Shown in pieces: positions 62,856 to 63,514 of a stretch of 63,514 bases of DNA; position 1 is the first letter of the stretch; every line of letters begins with the position of its first letter. This stretch comes from a virus (Duplodnaviria; Caudoviricetes): the IMG/VR virus record IMGVR_UViG_3300025086_000018, positions 1 through 63,514 of that record; one strand, given 5' to 3'. The position numbers were made by a program, and so were the translations under genes. The notes beneath the pieces are model-generated. The model saw only the letters and a list, made by a program, of their open reading frames with translations. It made no database searches and was not told the DNA's origin.

Positions 62856-63514
62856 ACCTATGCTAGCGCATAAATATAATCCTGACAAAGCTGATTATCC
62901 AGCATACATACAGCCAAAACTAGATGGCGTAAGATGTGTATTTACAAAAGACGGTGCATACAGCAGAACAGGTAAAGAATTTAAAAATGTAGATCACATC
63001 AAAAAAGATTTAGAAGTAGTATTCAATAGATACCCAAATCTTATACTAGATGGTGAACTATACAATCATGGATTAAAAGATGACTTTGAAAAGATCATTT
63101 CATTAGTCAGAAAAACTAAACCAACACAAGATCACAGAGACGAAGCAGCTCAACTAGTACAATACCATATATATGATGTAGCTAGTTTTCCACACGCTAC
63201 ATATAACTGGCGTATGAATTTTGTGAATACGCTAAACGACTCAGCTGTAGTTAAAACTAGTACTTGTCTATGTCTTATTAAGACTAAAGTTGTACTAGAT
63301 TATGACGAAGCAGTTAGACAACACAAAAAATACCTAAAACTAGGTTACGAAGGCAGTATATACAGATCTATTGATGGTAAATACAAAAACACTAGGTCAT
63401 GGGACTTAATGAAGTTCAAAGACTTTGAAGATTCAGAAGCCACAATTGTAGGCTATGAAACAGGTAAAGGTAAGAGGCAAGGCACGATTGGTAAGTTCAT
63501 CATGCAGGATGACG
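62836..63514 (+). CDS. ATP-dependent DNA ligase, N-terminal part (not in ORF track; runs off the end and continues at position 1)
   Basis: KPMLA, motif I QPKLDGVR, YSRTG, motif III LDGELY, YHIYD, motif IV GYEGSI, RS.DLMKFK. Confidence 0.92.
   Translation, partial: MTETTIKPMLAHKYNPDKADYPAYIQPKLDGVRCVFTKDGAYSRTGKEFKNVDHIKKDLEVVFNRYPNLILDGELYNHGLKDDFEKIISLVRKTKPTQDHRDEAAQLVQYHIYDVASFPHATYNWRMNFVNTLNDSAVVKTSTCLCLIKTKVVLDYDEAVRQHKKYLKLGYEGSIYRSIDGKYKNTRSWDLMKFKDFEDSEATIVGYETGKGKRQGTIGKFIMQDD
63400..63514 (+). repeat. Terminal direct repeat / circular overlap, right copy
   Basis: Matches 1-115 with 5 mismatches. Confidence 0.95.

Noticed and set aside
1-63514. Stop-codon reassignment as in some crAss-like phages
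   Set aside because: Long genes are intact and densely packed under the standard code, and TGA/TAG end genes in overlapping operons

Overview
An apparently complete, circularly permuted ~63.4 kb AT-rich dsDNA tailed phage genome with podovirus-like organisation. The host is probably Bacteroidota/Flavobacteriia, inferred from A-rich leaders without Shine-Dalgarno sites and from gene content. The window ends overlap by an imperfect 115-bp repeat inside an ATP-dependent DNA ligase gene. It has three blocks. (1) + strand 56.8-63.5 kb: early region of many small ORFs, seven copies of a fixed-spacing promoter-like motif, and several structured non-coding segments. (2) + strand 1-10.8 kb: replication and nucleotide metabolism (HTH protein, sigma-70-like factor, ERF recombinase, exonuclease, SSB, primase-helicase, T4 gp42-like dCMP-specific thymidylate-synthase homologue, MazG-like NTP pyrophosphatases, T7 endo I-like nuclease, 2OG-Fe(II) oxygenase, class II RNR); I recognise no DNA polymerase. 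(3) - strand 10.9-56.4 kb: late genes (GroEL/GroES, very basic proteins, lysis, fibres, terminase, portal, scaffold, capsid, tail, ejection proteins, a 2988-aa multidomain protein). Leading hypothesis: the 2988-aa virion protein contains a sigma-70 region-2-like segment that could be injected to switch on the early promoter class TACAAAnTAAnTACGA-N9-GATwATA, while the stand-alone sigma serves a second class (AAGTGATnnTAT). Other highlights are a cytosine-modification cassette, a twice-occurring TGTGACAnnAGCC inverted site linked to an HTH gene, and candidate ribozyme-like and tRNA-like RNAs. All protein calls come from motif recognition by eye; no database searches were run.
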